A DNA stretch of 37,232 nucleotides from IMG/VR virus record IMGVR_UViG_2531839665_000022; one strand, written 5' to 3'. This document shows positions 16,885 through 26,279 of the stretch, in pieces. The number at the start of each line of letters is the position of its first letter. Position 1 is the stretch's first letter. A model generated the notes under the pieces. It did not search any database. It was not told the origin of the DNA and was given only the letters and a program-made list of their open reading frames with translations. The DNA comes from a virus (Duplodnaviria > Heunggongvirae > Uroviricota > Caudoviricetes). The position numbers were made by a program, and so were the translations under genes.

Positions 16885-18377
16885 TGGCGAGGGGTATCTG
16901 GGTTTCACCCGATGAATTTGTTGCTTTTTCTGAGCCTCAGAAATCACTGACCGCGCAGATTGCCTCCCGCAGCCGCGCGATCGACTTTTACGGACTGGGC
17001 ATGTATCTGCCCAATCCTGATCCCATTCTCAAGGCTCAGGGACGGGATATCCGTATCTACCGCGAACTGCGCACCGACCCGCTGGTTGGGGGCTGTATCC
17101 GCAGACGTAAAGCAGCGCTCAAATCACTGGAGCGTGGACTGGAGCGCGGTCACGCTTCTGCCCGGGTCTTCCGTTTCATCCGCGACATGCTCGACGATCT
17201 GGATCTGTCCCGCATCATCGGTGAGATGAGTGATGCCGTGCTCTACGGGTATCAGCCCTGTGAAATCATGTGGGGCCGTTCGGTCAGGGCGTGGGCAGTG
17301 ACGGATATTGTCGGTAAACCGCCTGAGTGGTTTCAGTTTGATACGGACAACTGCCTGCGCTTCCGGGCACGTGATGCGGGTGTGGAGGGTGAGCTGCTGT
17401 CACCGTCAAAATTCGTGGTGCCGGCACAGGATGCCTCGTATGACAATCCTTACGGTTTCCCGGACCTGTCCATGTGCTTCTGGCCGGTCGCCTTCAAGAA
17501 AGGCGGGATGAAATTCTGGCTCCGCTTTGCCGAAAAGTTTGGCTCCCCGTGGGTGATCGGTAAGCACCCGAGGGGTGCAAATGATGCAGAGATTGAAAAA
17601 CTGCTGGACTCCATGGAGCAGATGGTGGAGGACGCGGTGGCCGCCATCCCCGATGACAGCAGCATCGAACTCAAAGCCGCGGATGGTAAGGCGGACAGCA
17701 GCGAGGTATTCCGCGAGCTGATCACACTGTCACGCAGTGAGATCTCCATTGCATTACTTGGTCAGAATCAGACCACGGAAGCGAACAGTAACAAGGCCTC
17801 TGCACAGGCCGGGCTGGAGGTAACGGCTGATATCCGCGATGCGGATGCGGACATCATTCAGGCAGCAGTGAATCAGGTTATCAGAACGGTGGTCACCCTG
17901 AACTTCGGCGATGTGCCGTGTCCGGTCTGGGCCATGTGGGAACAGGAGACCATTGATGACACCCGCGCCACCCGCGACGAAAAACTCACCCGCGCGGGAC
18001 TGCGCCTGACCCCGCAGTACTTCATGCGGGAGTACCAGCTGCAGGAGGGGGATATTGACCTCTCTGATGCACCGGTTGCGGACGGGGCAGTGCCTGCGGA
18101 ATTTGCCGAGGCGATAAGCGCCGATCATGATGCACAACAGCAGCTTGACGACGCGCTGGACATTCTGATGAACGGAGGTGTGTTAAATAGCACGCTGGAA
18201 CCCGTCCTGGCACCTCTGTTTAAGCGGGTCGAAAATGGGGTTAACCCGTCTGAGCTGCTGGGCGAACTGGCGGAGCTCTACCCTCAGATGAACACGGACG
18301 ATCTGCAGGAACGGTTGGCCCGCATTCTCTTTGTGGCAAATATCTGGGGGCGTCTGCATGAGCGTGACAACGGCTGA
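16884..18377 (+). CDS. portal protein (Mu gp29-like)
   Basis: 497 aa, size and position typical of a Mu-like portal between terminase and head-morphogenesis genes. Confidence 0.75.
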   Translation: MARGIWVSPDEFVAFSEPQKSLTAQIASRSRAIDFYGLGMYLPNPDPILKAQGRDIRIYRELRTDPLVGGCIRRRKAALKSLERGLERGHASARVFRFIRDMLDDLDLSRIIGEMSDAVLYGYQPCEIMWGRSVRAWAVTDIVGKPPEWFQFDTDNCLRFRARDAGVEGELLSPSKFVVPAQDASYDNPYGFPDLSMCFWPVAFKKGGMKFWLRFAEKFGSPWVIGKHPRGANDAEIEKLLDSMEQMVEDAVAAIPDDSSIELKAADGKADSSEVFRELITLSRSEISIALLGQNQTTEANSNKASAQAGLEVTADIRDADADIIQAAVNQVIRTVVTLNFGDVPCPVWAMWEQETIDDTRATRDEKLTRAGLRLTPQYFMREYQLQEGDIDLSDAPVADGAVPAEFAEAISADHDAQQQLDDALDILMNGGVLNSTLEPVLAPLFKRVENGVNPSELLGELAELYPQMNTDDLQERLARILFVANIWGRLHERDNG

Positions 18378-19179
18378 ACTGGCGTACTGCATGACGCTTC
18401 CCCCGAAGCGGGCAATCAGCTACCTGAAGTCCAAAGGGTATCAGATTACCTGGGACTGGGAAGAAATGTGGCAGGAAGCCCATGCCCGCGCCTTTACCGT
18501 CGCTAAAGTGACCCGCCTGGATATCCTGGAAGATATTCGTGGGGCACTGCAGCAGGCTGTCGATGAAGGAAAAACCGATCGCTGGTTCCGACAGGAGCTG
18601 GAGCCGGCGCTGAAGCGCAAGGGATGGTGGGGACCGCGTGACACGACTGACCCGGTAACGGGTGAGCCGGTCACCATTCAGCAGGGCAGTCCGTGGCGGC
18701 TCGATACCATCTTTCGCACCAATATGTCCGTACTCTACAGCGCCGGTCGTTGGGCGGAACAGATGGAAAACGTCGACGACAGGCCGTACTGGATGTATAC
18801 CGGCATCAACGACAGCCATACCCGCAGGAGCCATCTGGCGCTGCATGGTCTGGTGCTGCGCTGGGATGACCCGTTCTGGCAGGCATTTTACCCGCCGAAC
18901 GGCTGGCGCTGCCGCTGTAGTGTGATTGCCCTGAGTGCGGCGGATGTCCGTGCCCGTGGCCTGAAGGTTATCAGCTCCGGCTCTGCCATGGGCCAGGAAC
19001 TGAAACTGGTCTCAGAGAAAACCGGCGAAATGCGGAACGTGGCCACCTTTATTACCGGCACCACGAAGGTGACCACCGACGTCGGCTGGTCTTATGCACC
19101 GGGGGCAGCATACCGTCCCGACCTGGCCCGCTATCAGGGTACGCTTCAGCCACTGGCACAACAGGAACTGAGAGGATAA
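18358..19179 (+). CDS. head morphogenesis protein (Mu F-like)
   Basis: ATG 18358 (MSVTTAEL); conserved F-like C-terminal region (YTGINDSHTRRSHLALHG...RCRCS); follows the portal. Confidence 0.75.
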   Translation: MSVTTAELAYCMTLPPKRAISYLKSKGYQITWDWEEMWQEAHARAFTVAKVTRLDILEDIRGALQQAVDEGKTDRWFRQELEPALKRKGWWGPRDTTDPVTGEPVTIQQGSPWRLDTIFRTNMSVLYSAGRWAEQMENVDDRPYWMYTGINDSHTRRSHLALHGLVLRWDDPFWQAFYPPNGWRCRCSVIALSAADVRARGLKVISSGSAMGQELKLVSEKTGEMRNVATFITGTTKVTTDVGWSYAPGAAYRPDLARYQGTLQPLAQQELRG

Positions 19180-19181
19180 CA

Positions 19182-19640
19182 ATGGCTTCCGATAACCTGG
19201 TCAGTATCACCATTAACGATAAATCCCTGCGCCGGAGCCTCCGTGCGCTGGATCTGGCTGCCACAGACATGGAGCCCGCGATGCGCAAAATCGCCGGAAC
19301 CCTGCTGGCGGAAACACAGTTTAACTTTCTTGATGAGGGGCGTCCGGGGTGGATGCCCTCGCTGGCAGCGGAAGAACGTGACGGGCAGACACTGCAGGAT
19401 ACCGGGCGTCTGATGGGGTCAGTATCAACCGACCATGACGACCGGCAGGCTGTTGTGGGGACCAACGTTGTTTACGGTGCCATTCACCAGTTCGGGGGTA
19501 AAACGGGGCGTAATGAGTCTGTTGAACTTCCGGCCCGCCCGTTCCTGCCGGTGACGGGGGATGGAGAACTACAGCCTGAAGTGGTAATCCCCATCCTCGA
19601 TACCATTGTCCGCCATCTTGAATCAGCGGCCCGTCGCTGA
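19182..19640 (+). CDS. virion morphogenesis protein (Mu G-like)
   Basis: 152 aa with the VVYGAIHQFGG motif typical of this family. Confidence 0.65.
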   Translation: MASDNLVSITINDKSLRRSLRALDLAATDMEPAMRKIAGTLLAETQFNFLDEGRPGWMPSLAAEERDGQTLQDTGRLMGSVSTDHDDRQAVVGTNVVYGAIHQFGGKTGRNESVELPARPFLPVTGDGELQPEVVIPILDTIVRHLESAARR

Positions 19641-19685
19641 GTTTTCTCTCTTCAGGCGGGTGATTTATCATTGCCAGCGAATGAG

Positions 19686-19726
19686 GGGCTGTATTACCTT
19701 TATAAAGGCTTTACAGCCTCTGTTTT
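19686..19726 (+). terminator. stem-loop followed by T-run downstream of the G-like gene
   Basis: GGCTGTA-tta-CCTTTATAAAGG-ctt-TACAGCC nested palindrome followed by TCTGTTTT. Confidence 0.4.
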
Positions 19727-19854
19727 ATAACCGCCTCCGGTTCACCGCATTGCTTTCCCTGTCCTTCTCCCCTGATGTTTTCTAAAGCAGATTAAAATCG
19801 CCGGGCCTGCATTTCTCACAAACTGTCTCCGACAACATAACGCGGGACAGCAAA

Positions 19855-20970
19855 ATGTCAGCCATTCACATTTTTAAAGCCGGTACTCATACCGATATGC
19901 ACGGCAAAAAACTGCCGTTCACGCCAGACGATCTTGCCGCCTGCGTGAAAGCCTATGACCCGTCCGTCCATGAAGCACCACTCGTGATTGGTCATCCCAG
20001 AACGGAAGACCCGGCGTGGGGCTGGGTGAAAGCCCTGTCGCTCAGCGGCGTCGATCTGATGGCAGAGCCTGCCCAGCTGGACCCGCAGTTTGCTGAGATG
20101 GTCACCGACGGACGATTCAAAAAAGTGTCCGCCTCTTTCTACCTCCCGGATTCACCGTCCAATCCGAAGCCCGGCGTGCTCTACCTTCGCCATGTGGGCT
20201 TTCTCGGGGCACAGCCACCTTCCGTCAAAGGGCTGAAACAGGTGTCCTTCAGTGAGCAGGAAGAAGGTGTGGTGGAGTTCGCCGACTGGCAGGCCATCAC
20301 GAATGCCTCCCTGTGGGGAAAGCTGCGCGATTTTCTGATCGCCCGCTTCAGTCTGGACGAGGCAGAAAAAGTCCTGCCGGAATGGCAGCTCAACAGTCTG
20401 CGCGAAGAGGCGTACCGCGACACACTGTCGCAGGATGCAGCAGGTGCACAATTCAGTGAGACAGGCCCGGAGCCGTCTTCCGCAAGTAACGAGGAATCAT
20501 CGATGACAAAAGAAGAGATTGAAGCCCTTCAGGAGGAGAACCGCCGCCTGAAGCAGCAGGCTGCTGATCGCGATGCGCGTGATGCACAGGTCAGACAGGA
20601 GCAACTGCATAAGGACAATGTGGCCTTTGCAGAAAAACTGGTCGCAGAGGGGCGTCTGGCTCCCCGCGCCTCCTCCGTGGTGGTTGCCCTGCTGGATGCC
20701 GTCGCCGGTGGCGACAAGCCGGTGGAGTTTGCTGAGGGGGAAAGCCGCACACCGCTGGCCACCGCCTTCCGTTCATTGCTCTCCGACGGGGAGCCGGTGA
20801 TGAACTTCGCCGAACAGGCCACAAAGGATCGTGTCGGCGACGCGGTGAAGGTGGATGTGGCGGAGTTTGCGGAAGCCGATCCTGAGCGTCTGGCCCTGCA
20901 TCAGAAAGCAGTGGCCCTGTCCAAAAAAGAAGGCATCAGCTATGAGGCTGCTGTCGCACGCTGCCTGTAA
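19855..20970 (+). CDS. head protease/scaffold protein (Mu I-like)
   Basis: 371 aa; conserved N-terminal region then an acidic, coiled-coil scaffold-like C-terminus; position before the major head gene. Confidence 0.7.
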   Translation: MSAIHIFKAGTHTDMHGKKLPFTPDDLAACVKAYDPSVHEAPLVIGHPRTEDPAWGWVKALSLSGVDLMAEPAQLDPQFAEMVTDGRFKKVSASFYLPDSPSNPKPGVLYLRHVGFLGAQPPSVKGLKQVSFSEQEEGVVEFADWQAITNASLWGKLRDFLIARFSLDEAEKVLPEWQLNSLREEAYRDTLSQDAAGAQFSETGPEPSSASNEESSMTKEEIEALQEENRRLKQQAADRDARDAQVRQEQLHKDNVAFAEKLVAEGRLAPRASSVVVALLDAVAGGDKPVEFAEGESRTPLATAFRSLLSDGEPVMNFAEQATKDRVGDAVKVDVAEFAEADPERLALHQKAVALSKKEGISYEAAVARCL

Positions 20971-20984
20971 TTTAAGGAGAGAGC

Positions 20985-21938
20985 ATGTCTGATTACTTAA
21001 AAGGTAAACGTGTCGTTGATCCGGTACTGACCAGTATCGCCCGAGGCTATAAAAATGCCGCATTCATTGGCGAACGTATTTTCCCCGTCGTGCTGACGGA
21101 CAAGGAAGGCGTGCGTGTGCCGACCTTCGGGAAAACCGCCTTTGTGGAATATGACACCGAGCGTGCCGTCGGGGCGGACAGCAATGTTCTGGTCCGTGAG
21201 AAAACCGGCACGCTTGATCTGGTGCTGGGTGAGCACGATCTGGCTGCGCCAGTGGACTATCGCGAACAGGCGGAGTCCATGTTTAACGAGGAGAGCAAGG
21301 CCATCCGTCGCGCCACGAATGGCGTGAATCTGCGCCGTGAACTTATCGCCGCCCGTCTGGCTCAGGATGAAAAGGTCTACCGTACCGGGCACGTTAAAAA
21401 ACTGACAGCCGGCGACCGCTGGGCCGGTGGTAAGGGGGACCCCATCGGGGTAATTGAAGCCGGTATGGAAGCGGTCCGTACGGCCACGGGGCTGCGTCCT
21501 AACCTGATGACCATGGGGGCCGGCGTGATGGCGCTGCTGAAGTTCCACCCGGCAATTCAGGCAGCCATCGGAGCCAACGAACGCAAGCGCATCACCACGG
21601 AGATCCTGCAGGACCTCTTTCAGATCGAAGAGATCGTCATCGGTGCTCCTGTCTCCCTGCCGTCCATGAAAGCGGCAATGGATAAGGACAGCGTGCCGAC
21701 GGATATCTGGGGAGACAATCTGATGCTGCACTACGTCGGCAAGCCGCAGCCGGGGGCGGACAGCGCGGACGAGAACGAGCCGTCCTTCGGCTACACCCTG
21801 CGCCGTAAGGGGATGCCTGTTGCCGACAAGTACGACGGAGCCGGCGGCAAGGTGAAGTACTGCCGTTATACCGATATCTACAAAGTCGCCGTGGTTGGTG
21901 GCGATGCCGGGTATCTCATTACCGGTATCAGTAAATAA
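20985..21938 (+). CDS. major head subunit (Mu T-like)
   Basis: 317 aa, strong GGAG RBS, position after the I-like gene; N-terminus MSDYLKGKRVVDPVLTSIARGYKN typical of T-like capsid proteins. Confidence 0.8.
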   Translation: MSDYLKGKRVVDPVLTSIARGYKNAAFIGERIFPVVLTDKEGVRVPTFGKTAFVEYDTERAVGADSNVLVREKTGTLDLVLGEHDLAAPVDYREQAESMFNEESKAIRRATNGVNLRRELIAARLAQDEKVYRTGHVKKLTAGDRWAGGKGDPIGVIEAGMEAVRTATGLRPNLMTMGAGVMALLKFHPAIQAAIGANERKRITTEILQDLFQIEEIVIGAPVSLPSMKAAMDKDSVPTDIWGDNLMLHYVGKPQPGADSADENEPSFGYTLRRKGMPVADKYDGAGGKVKYCRYTDIYKVAVVGGDAGYLITGISK

Positions 21939-21947
21939 GGAGGCGTT

Positions 21948-22286
21948 ATGGGAACCACTCAGCAGGTCATTCTGATCACAACCGTAACGGCAGGGGCCGC
22001 ACTGGCACAGCAGCGTTTTGTCGGGGCAGATAATACCCCCTGTAAAGCCGGTGCCGCAGCGCTCGGGGTTGCCGAAGTGGATGCTGTTACCGGCGACAGC
22101 ACGCCGGTGAGCGTTCTGGGCATTATTGCTGTCGAGGCCGGGGCCGCTGTCAGCCGTGGTGTGGCTGTTCAGTCAGATGCTCAGGCCAGAGCCGTGCCGC
22201 AGTCCGGCGACGGTAAATCCTGTGGTATTGCACTTGATGAAGCCGGGGGTGAAGGCGACGTCATTCGTATCCTGCGCGGGGTGTGA
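21948..22286 (+). CDS. Gly/Ala-rich small head-associated protein
   Basis: 112 aa, low-complexity Ala/Gly/Val-rich, located directly after the major capsid gene. Confidence 0.4.
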   Translation: MGTTQQVILITTVTAGAALAQQRFVGADNTPCKAGAAALGVAEVDAVTGDSTPVSVLGIIAVEAGAAVSRGVAVQSDAQARAVPQSGDGKSCGIALDEAGGEGDVIRILRGV

Positions 22287-22287
22287 C

Positions 22288-22734
22288 ATGTACTGCACCC
22301 TGGAGGATTTGCTTGCGCAGGTGCCGGAACGAACGCTGATCGAGCTCACCAGTGAAGAGATGGACTTCGACTCGCCTGCAACAGTGAATACCCGTGTGGT
22401 GGACAGCTGTATCCGCTATGCCGACGAGCTGATTGATGCCCATCTGCGCGGACGCTATATCCTGCCACTGGCAGAGATACCGACTGTTCTGCGGGACATT
22501 GCCATCACGCTGGTCCGTTACCGGCTCTACGCCCGCCGCCCGGAAGGTGACCTCCCGGATACGGTGAAGGATGACCACAAAGAAGCGCTGCGGCAACTCA
22601 GGGAGTTACGTGATAACAGGCTCACGCTGGGGCTGCCGTCCACTCAGAAAGATGTGCCTGAGCCTGGCGAGTTTCGTGTACGCAGCCGCCCGGCCACTTT
22701 CGGCGGTCGTGACGGTTTACTGGAGAAATACTGA
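22288..22734 (+). CDS. head-tail connector-region protein (Mu gp36-like position)
   Basis: ATG 22288 (MYCTLEDLLAQ); 148 aa; the listed 22126 start would overlap the previous gene across frames. Confidence 0.45.
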   Translation: MYCTLEDLLAQVPERTLIELTSEEMDFDSPATVNTRVVDSCIRYADELIDAHLRGRYILPLAEIPTVLRDIAITLVRYRLYARRPEGDLPDTVKDDHKEALRQLRELRDNRLTLGLPSTQKDVPEPGEFRVRSRPATFGGRDGLLEKY

Positions 22735-23198
22735 TGAACGTTCTGCCCGTCCTTGATGCGGTACTGGCCCGGTTACGCGAGAAGCTGCCGCAACTGCAGG
22801 TGGAGTACTTCCCGGAGAAACCGGCTGAATATCGCCTGAACCATCCGGTTGGCGCGTTGCTGCTGAGCTATGCCGGTTCGCGCTTTGACAGGCCGGATGA
22901 TACCGGTGCGGTGATCCAGTCTCAGACTATCCAGCTCTGCGTCACGGTGGTCTTCCGCCAGCTCAACGGTAAAAAAGGGGCGATTAATGTCCTGGATGCT
23001 GTCCGCCGCATTCTCGGCGGCCACACCCCGCCCGGCTGCCGCCGCCGTATCTGGCTGACCCGCGAGGTGTTTATCGGTGAAGTCAGGGGGCTGTGGCAAT
23101 ACGCCCTCGACTTCGCGACTGAAAGCGTCTTTATCGAAGACAGCGATTTACCGTCCGGCCCGCTGTTAACCGAAGTGAACTATGAGGAAAGCGAGTGA
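22734..23198 (+). CDS. hypothetical head-tail joining protein (Mu gp37-like position)
   Basis: 154 aa, translationally coupled to the previous gene. Confidence 0.45.
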   Translation: MNVLPVLDAVLARLREKLPQLQVEYFPEKPAEYRLNHPVGALLLSYAGSRFDRPDDTGAVIQSQTIQLCVTVVFRQLNGKKGAINVLDAVRRILGGHTPPGCRRRIWLTREVFIGEVRGLWQYALDFATESVFIEDSDLPSGPLLTEVNYEESE

Positions 23199-23449
23199 TG
23201 AAAGAATACCGCTATTCCGGCCCGGCCAGCGGCGTCACGCTGTCGGACGGAACCGAAATCCTGCTCTGGCCGGGGAAGACGGTTTCCCTGCCGGAGGAGC
23301 ATGAATACGTGAAGGTACTGGTGGCGCTGAAGCATCTGACGCCGGTACCAGAAGATACTAAACCCGCCGTCACACCGGCTGTGCAGTCACCAAAGCGCAG
23401 AAGCAGCAGTGACAGCGAAGTGAAAACGGAGGACTCCCATGGCAGCTAA
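23195..23449 (+). CDS. hypothetical small protein
   Basis: 84 aa, overlaps neighbours by a few bp in the late operon. Confidence 0.4.
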   Translation: MMKEYRYSGPASGVTLSDGTEILLWPGKTVSLPEEHEYVKVLVALKHLTPVPEDTKPAVTPAVQSPKRRSSSDSEVKTEDSHGS

Positions 23450-24866
23450 CTATCTGCATGGCGTCGAAACCATTGAGGTGGAAAACGGAGCCCGCCCGGT
23501 TAAAACGGTGAAATCTGCCGTTATTGGCCTGATTGGTACCGCCCCGATGGGGGATGTCAATACGCTGGTACAGTGCCTGTCTGAGAAAGACGCTGCGGCA
23601 TTTGGCAGCCAGTTCACCGGCTTTACCATTCCGCAGGCGCTGGATGCGATTTATGACCATGGTGCAGGCACCGTTCTGGTCATTAACGTACTCGATCCGT
23701 CTGTGCATAAAACCGCTGTGGTCAGTGAGAATGTGTCGTTCGACAAGGCGACAGGCAGAGCCCGGCTGGCTAATCCGGTGGTCGCGCAACTGGTACTGAA
23801 ACCGGACAGCGACGGTCAGCCTTATGTTGAAGGTCAGGACTACTCGCTTGATGCACAGACCGGGGTGATTACTAACCTGGGTAAAAGCATTGCTGCAGAT
23901 GCAACGGTGAAGGCCAGCTATAACTATGCTGATCCGACCAAAGTCACCCCGGCTGATATCATCGGTACCGTTAACGCTGCAGGCAACCGTACCGGCATGA
24001 AGCTGCTTAACGACAGTTTTAACCTGTTTGGCTACTTCGCCAAAATCCTGATTGCTCCGGTATTCTGCACCCAGAACAGCGTCTCGGTTGAGCTTATCGC
24101 CATGGCTGAGAAACTGGGAGCAGTAACCTATATTGATGCGCCGGTTGGTACCACTTTTGCGCAGGCTCTGGCGGGACGTGGCCCGGAAGGCACCATTAAC
24201 TTTAATACCAGCTCTGACCGTGTCCGCCTGTGCTACCCGCATGTGAAGGTATATGACCCGGTGACGAACACGGAGCGTCTGGAGCCACTGAGCCAGCGTG
24301 CGGCGGGCCTGCGTGCCAAAGTCGACCTGGACAAAGGGTACTGGTGGTCATCCTCCAATCAGGAAATTCTGGGGATCACCGGCGTGGAGCGCCAGCTGTC
24401 GGCAATGATTGACGATCCGCAGAGCGAGGTGAACCTGCTTAACGAACAGGGGATCACCACGGTATTCAGCAGTTACGGCAGCGGCCTTCGTCTGTGGGGT
24501 AACCGGACGGCAGCATGGCCAACGGTCACCCATATGCGTAACTTTGAGAACGTTCGCCGCACCGGTGATGTGATCAACGAGTCCATTCGTTACTTCAGCC
24601 AGCAGTACATCGACATGCCGATTACTCAGGCGCTGATTGATGCACTGACGGAGTCGGTCAACGCCTACGGTCGCAAAATGACTGGTGATGGTGCGGTACT
24701 GGGCTTCCGTTGCTGGTTTGATCCGGCCCGCAATCCGGAGACGGAGCTGGCCGCCGGGCACCTGTTGCTGAGCTACAAATATACGCCACCACCGCCGCTG
24801 GAGCGACTGACGTTTGAGACTGAAATCACCTCGGAATACCTGTTAACCCTGAAAGGGGGCAACTGA
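23439..24866 (+). CDS. tail sheath protein
   Basis: 475 aa, position and size of a contractile tail sheath gene, followed by the tube gene. Confidence 0.8.
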   Translation: MAANYLHGVETIEVENGARPVKTVKSAVIGLIGTAPMGDVNTLVQCLSEKDAAAFGSQFTGFTIPQALDAIYDHGAGTVLVINVLDPSVHKTAVVSENVSFDKATGRARLANPVVAQLVLKPDSDGQPYVEGQDYSLDAQTGVITNLGKSIAADATVKASYNYADPTKVTPADIIGTVNAAGNRTGMKLLNDSFNLFGYFAKILIAPVFCTQNSVSVELIAMAEKLGAVTYIDAPVGTTFAQALAGRGPEGTINFNTSSDRVRLCYPHVKVYDPVTNTERLEPLSQRAAGLRAKVDLDKGYWWSSSNQEILGITGVERQLSAMIDDPQSEVNLLNEQGITTVFSSYGSGLRLWGNRTAAWPTVTHMRNFENVRRTGDVINESIRYFSQQYIDMPITQALIDALTESVNAYGRKMTGDGAVLGFRCWFDPARNPETELAAGHLLLSYKYTPPPPLERLTFETEITSEYLLTLKGGN

Positions 24867-25387
24867 TGTCAAAGATTGAGATAAACCGAATCACGAATGC
24901 CAACATCTATCTGGATGGTACTAACCTGCTGGGACGGGCTGAGGAAGTTAAACTCCCCGATGTCTCCATGATTATGCAGGAGCACAAGGCACTGGGGATG
25001 GTGGGTAAGGTGGAACTCCCGGCTGGTTTTGACAAACTGGAAGGCGAAATCAAATGGAACAGCTTTTACCGCGATGCGATGTTGTCTGCCGCGAACCCGT
25101 ACAAGTCGCTGGCGCTGCAGTGTCGCTCCAGCGTCCAGCGCTACAGCTCGCAGGGGCTGATCGACGAAATCCCGCTGGTCACCTTCCTGACAATTATGTT
25201 CAAGAAGAACCCGCTGGGGACGTTCAAACAGCACGAGAACGCCGAGTTCTCCAGTAGCTTCACCTGCACGTATATCAGACAGGTACTGGATGGTGAAGAG
25301 TTGCTGCAACTGGACTATCTGGCCAACATCTTCCGCGTCGGTGGCGTTGATCAACTGACTGACTATCGAATCAATATCGGGGGCTGA
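24866..25387 (+). CDS. tail tube protein
   Basis: 173 aa immediately after the sheath gene, typical size and position. Confidence 0.75.
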   Translation: MSKIEINRITNANIYLDGTNLLGRAEEVKLPDVSMIMQEHKALGMVGKVELPAGFDKLEGEIKWNSFYRDAMLSAANPYKSLALQCRSSVQRYSSQGLIDEIPLVTFLTIMFKKNPLGTFKQHENAEFSSSFTCTYIRQVLDGEELLQLDYLANIFRVGGVDQLTDYRINIGG

Positions 25388-25389
25388 CG

Positions 25390-25671
25390 GTGAGTGTTGA
25401 ACTGACTGACAAAGGAGGGCGATGTGCGTCACTGGGCATGTCAAATGGTACGTGGTTTACCCTCCTTGATATTCCGGGGGTGGAGACCCTCTTTAATACC
25501 CGTAAAACCAATGACCCGATTGACTGCACACGTTCAAAGGCCCGCAAACTGGCCGATTTGATTGAAGCATGGGAGCCGCCCGACCAGTGGTTCTCCGGCA
25601 CCGGCAACTCTGAGGGAAAGGCGCTTCTCATCGCTTTCCTGCGTAACTGCAAGGGTTTTCGCACTTGCTGA
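25390..25671 (+). CDS. hypothetical small protein (uncertain)
   Basis: 93-aa ORF between the tube gene and a strong terminator; no RBS evident; may be 3' UTR instead. Confidence 0.25.
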   Translation: MSVELTDKGGRCASLGMSNGTWFTLLDIPGVETLFNTRKTNDPIDCTRSKARKLADLIEAWEPPDQWFSGTGNSEGKALLIAFLRNCKGFRTC

Positions 25672-25677
25672 CATCAC

Positions 25678-25700
25678 AGGGGCTCCGGCCCCTTCTTTTT
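25678..25700 (+). terminator. rho-independent terminator after the sheath/tube genes
   Basis: AGGGGCTCC-GGCCCCT hairpin followed by TCTTTTT. Confidence 0.6.
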
Positions 25701-25762
25701 AATCCCCTTTAATATCCGTCACGTCCACCGCCAGACATACTGCTCTGAATTTACAAAGGAGT

Positions 25763-26104
25763 ATGATCATGTCACAGACCCAGTCCGATACTTTTACGCT
25801 GTCTTATCCTTTCACCACTGCTGCAGGTACCAGAATTGAACAGATTGAACTGAAACGCCTGACAGTAAAAGACCTGAAGCAGGTGCGCAAAATCAACAAA
25901 GACCCGACAGACTGGGACGAACCACTGATTGCCCGTAGCACCGGTATCCTCCCGGAAGACCTCGATAACATGGATCTTGCCGACTATATGGAGCTGCAGA
26001 AACGATTTCAGAAAATCACTGGGCTGGGCAAGAGCGACAAAAACACTGATGCAGGTGCAGGGCCTGCTGGCGAGATGGTTCAGGTTTCAACCGGGGGAGA
26101 TTGA
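25763..26104 (+). CDS. tail assembly chaperone (P2 gpE-like)
   Basis: 113 aa between tube and tape measure genes, strong RBS AAGGAG; overlapped at its 3' end by a second ORF in another frame. Confidence 0.65.
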   Translation: MIMSQTQSDTFTLSYPFTTAAGTRIEQIELKRLTVKDLKQVRKINKDPTDWDEPLIARSTGILPEDLDNMDLADYMELQKRFQKITGLGKSDKNTDAGAGPAGEMVQVSTGGD

Positions 26105-26186
26105 TGCCCTCGATACTGACGATCTGGAGATGTGGCTGGAGCAGGCTGAAGAGCAAATCAAAAGCGAGTTCGGCGACAATCAGTAA
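25929..26186 (+). CDS. frameshift extension of the tail assembly chaperone (E'-like)
   Basis: Open frame overlapping the chaperone 3' end and extending 82 bp beyond it (ALDTDDLEMWLEQAEEQIKSEFGDNQ); no independent start or RBS; only the part after the shift site would be translated. Confidence 0.45.
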   Translation: MPVAPVSSRKTSITWILPTIWSCRNDFRKSLGWARATKTLMQVQGLLARWFRFQPGEIDALDTDDLEMWLEQAEEQIKSEFGDNQ

Positions 26187-26279
26187 CAACGTATCACTTA
26201 ACAGCCGCCAGTCGCGGCTGTTCTGCATGGGTTTCAGACACTTCCCTTCCGTTTTTTTTGCTTTCAGAGGATAGCCACC

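Noticed and set aside
20997-21731. 244-aa minus-strand ORF
   Set aside because: Antisense to the major head gene in the co-directional late operon; spurious GC-rich reverse-frame ORF.
23370-24242. 290-aa minus-strand ORF
   Set aside because: Antisense to the tail sheath gene; rejected for the same reason.
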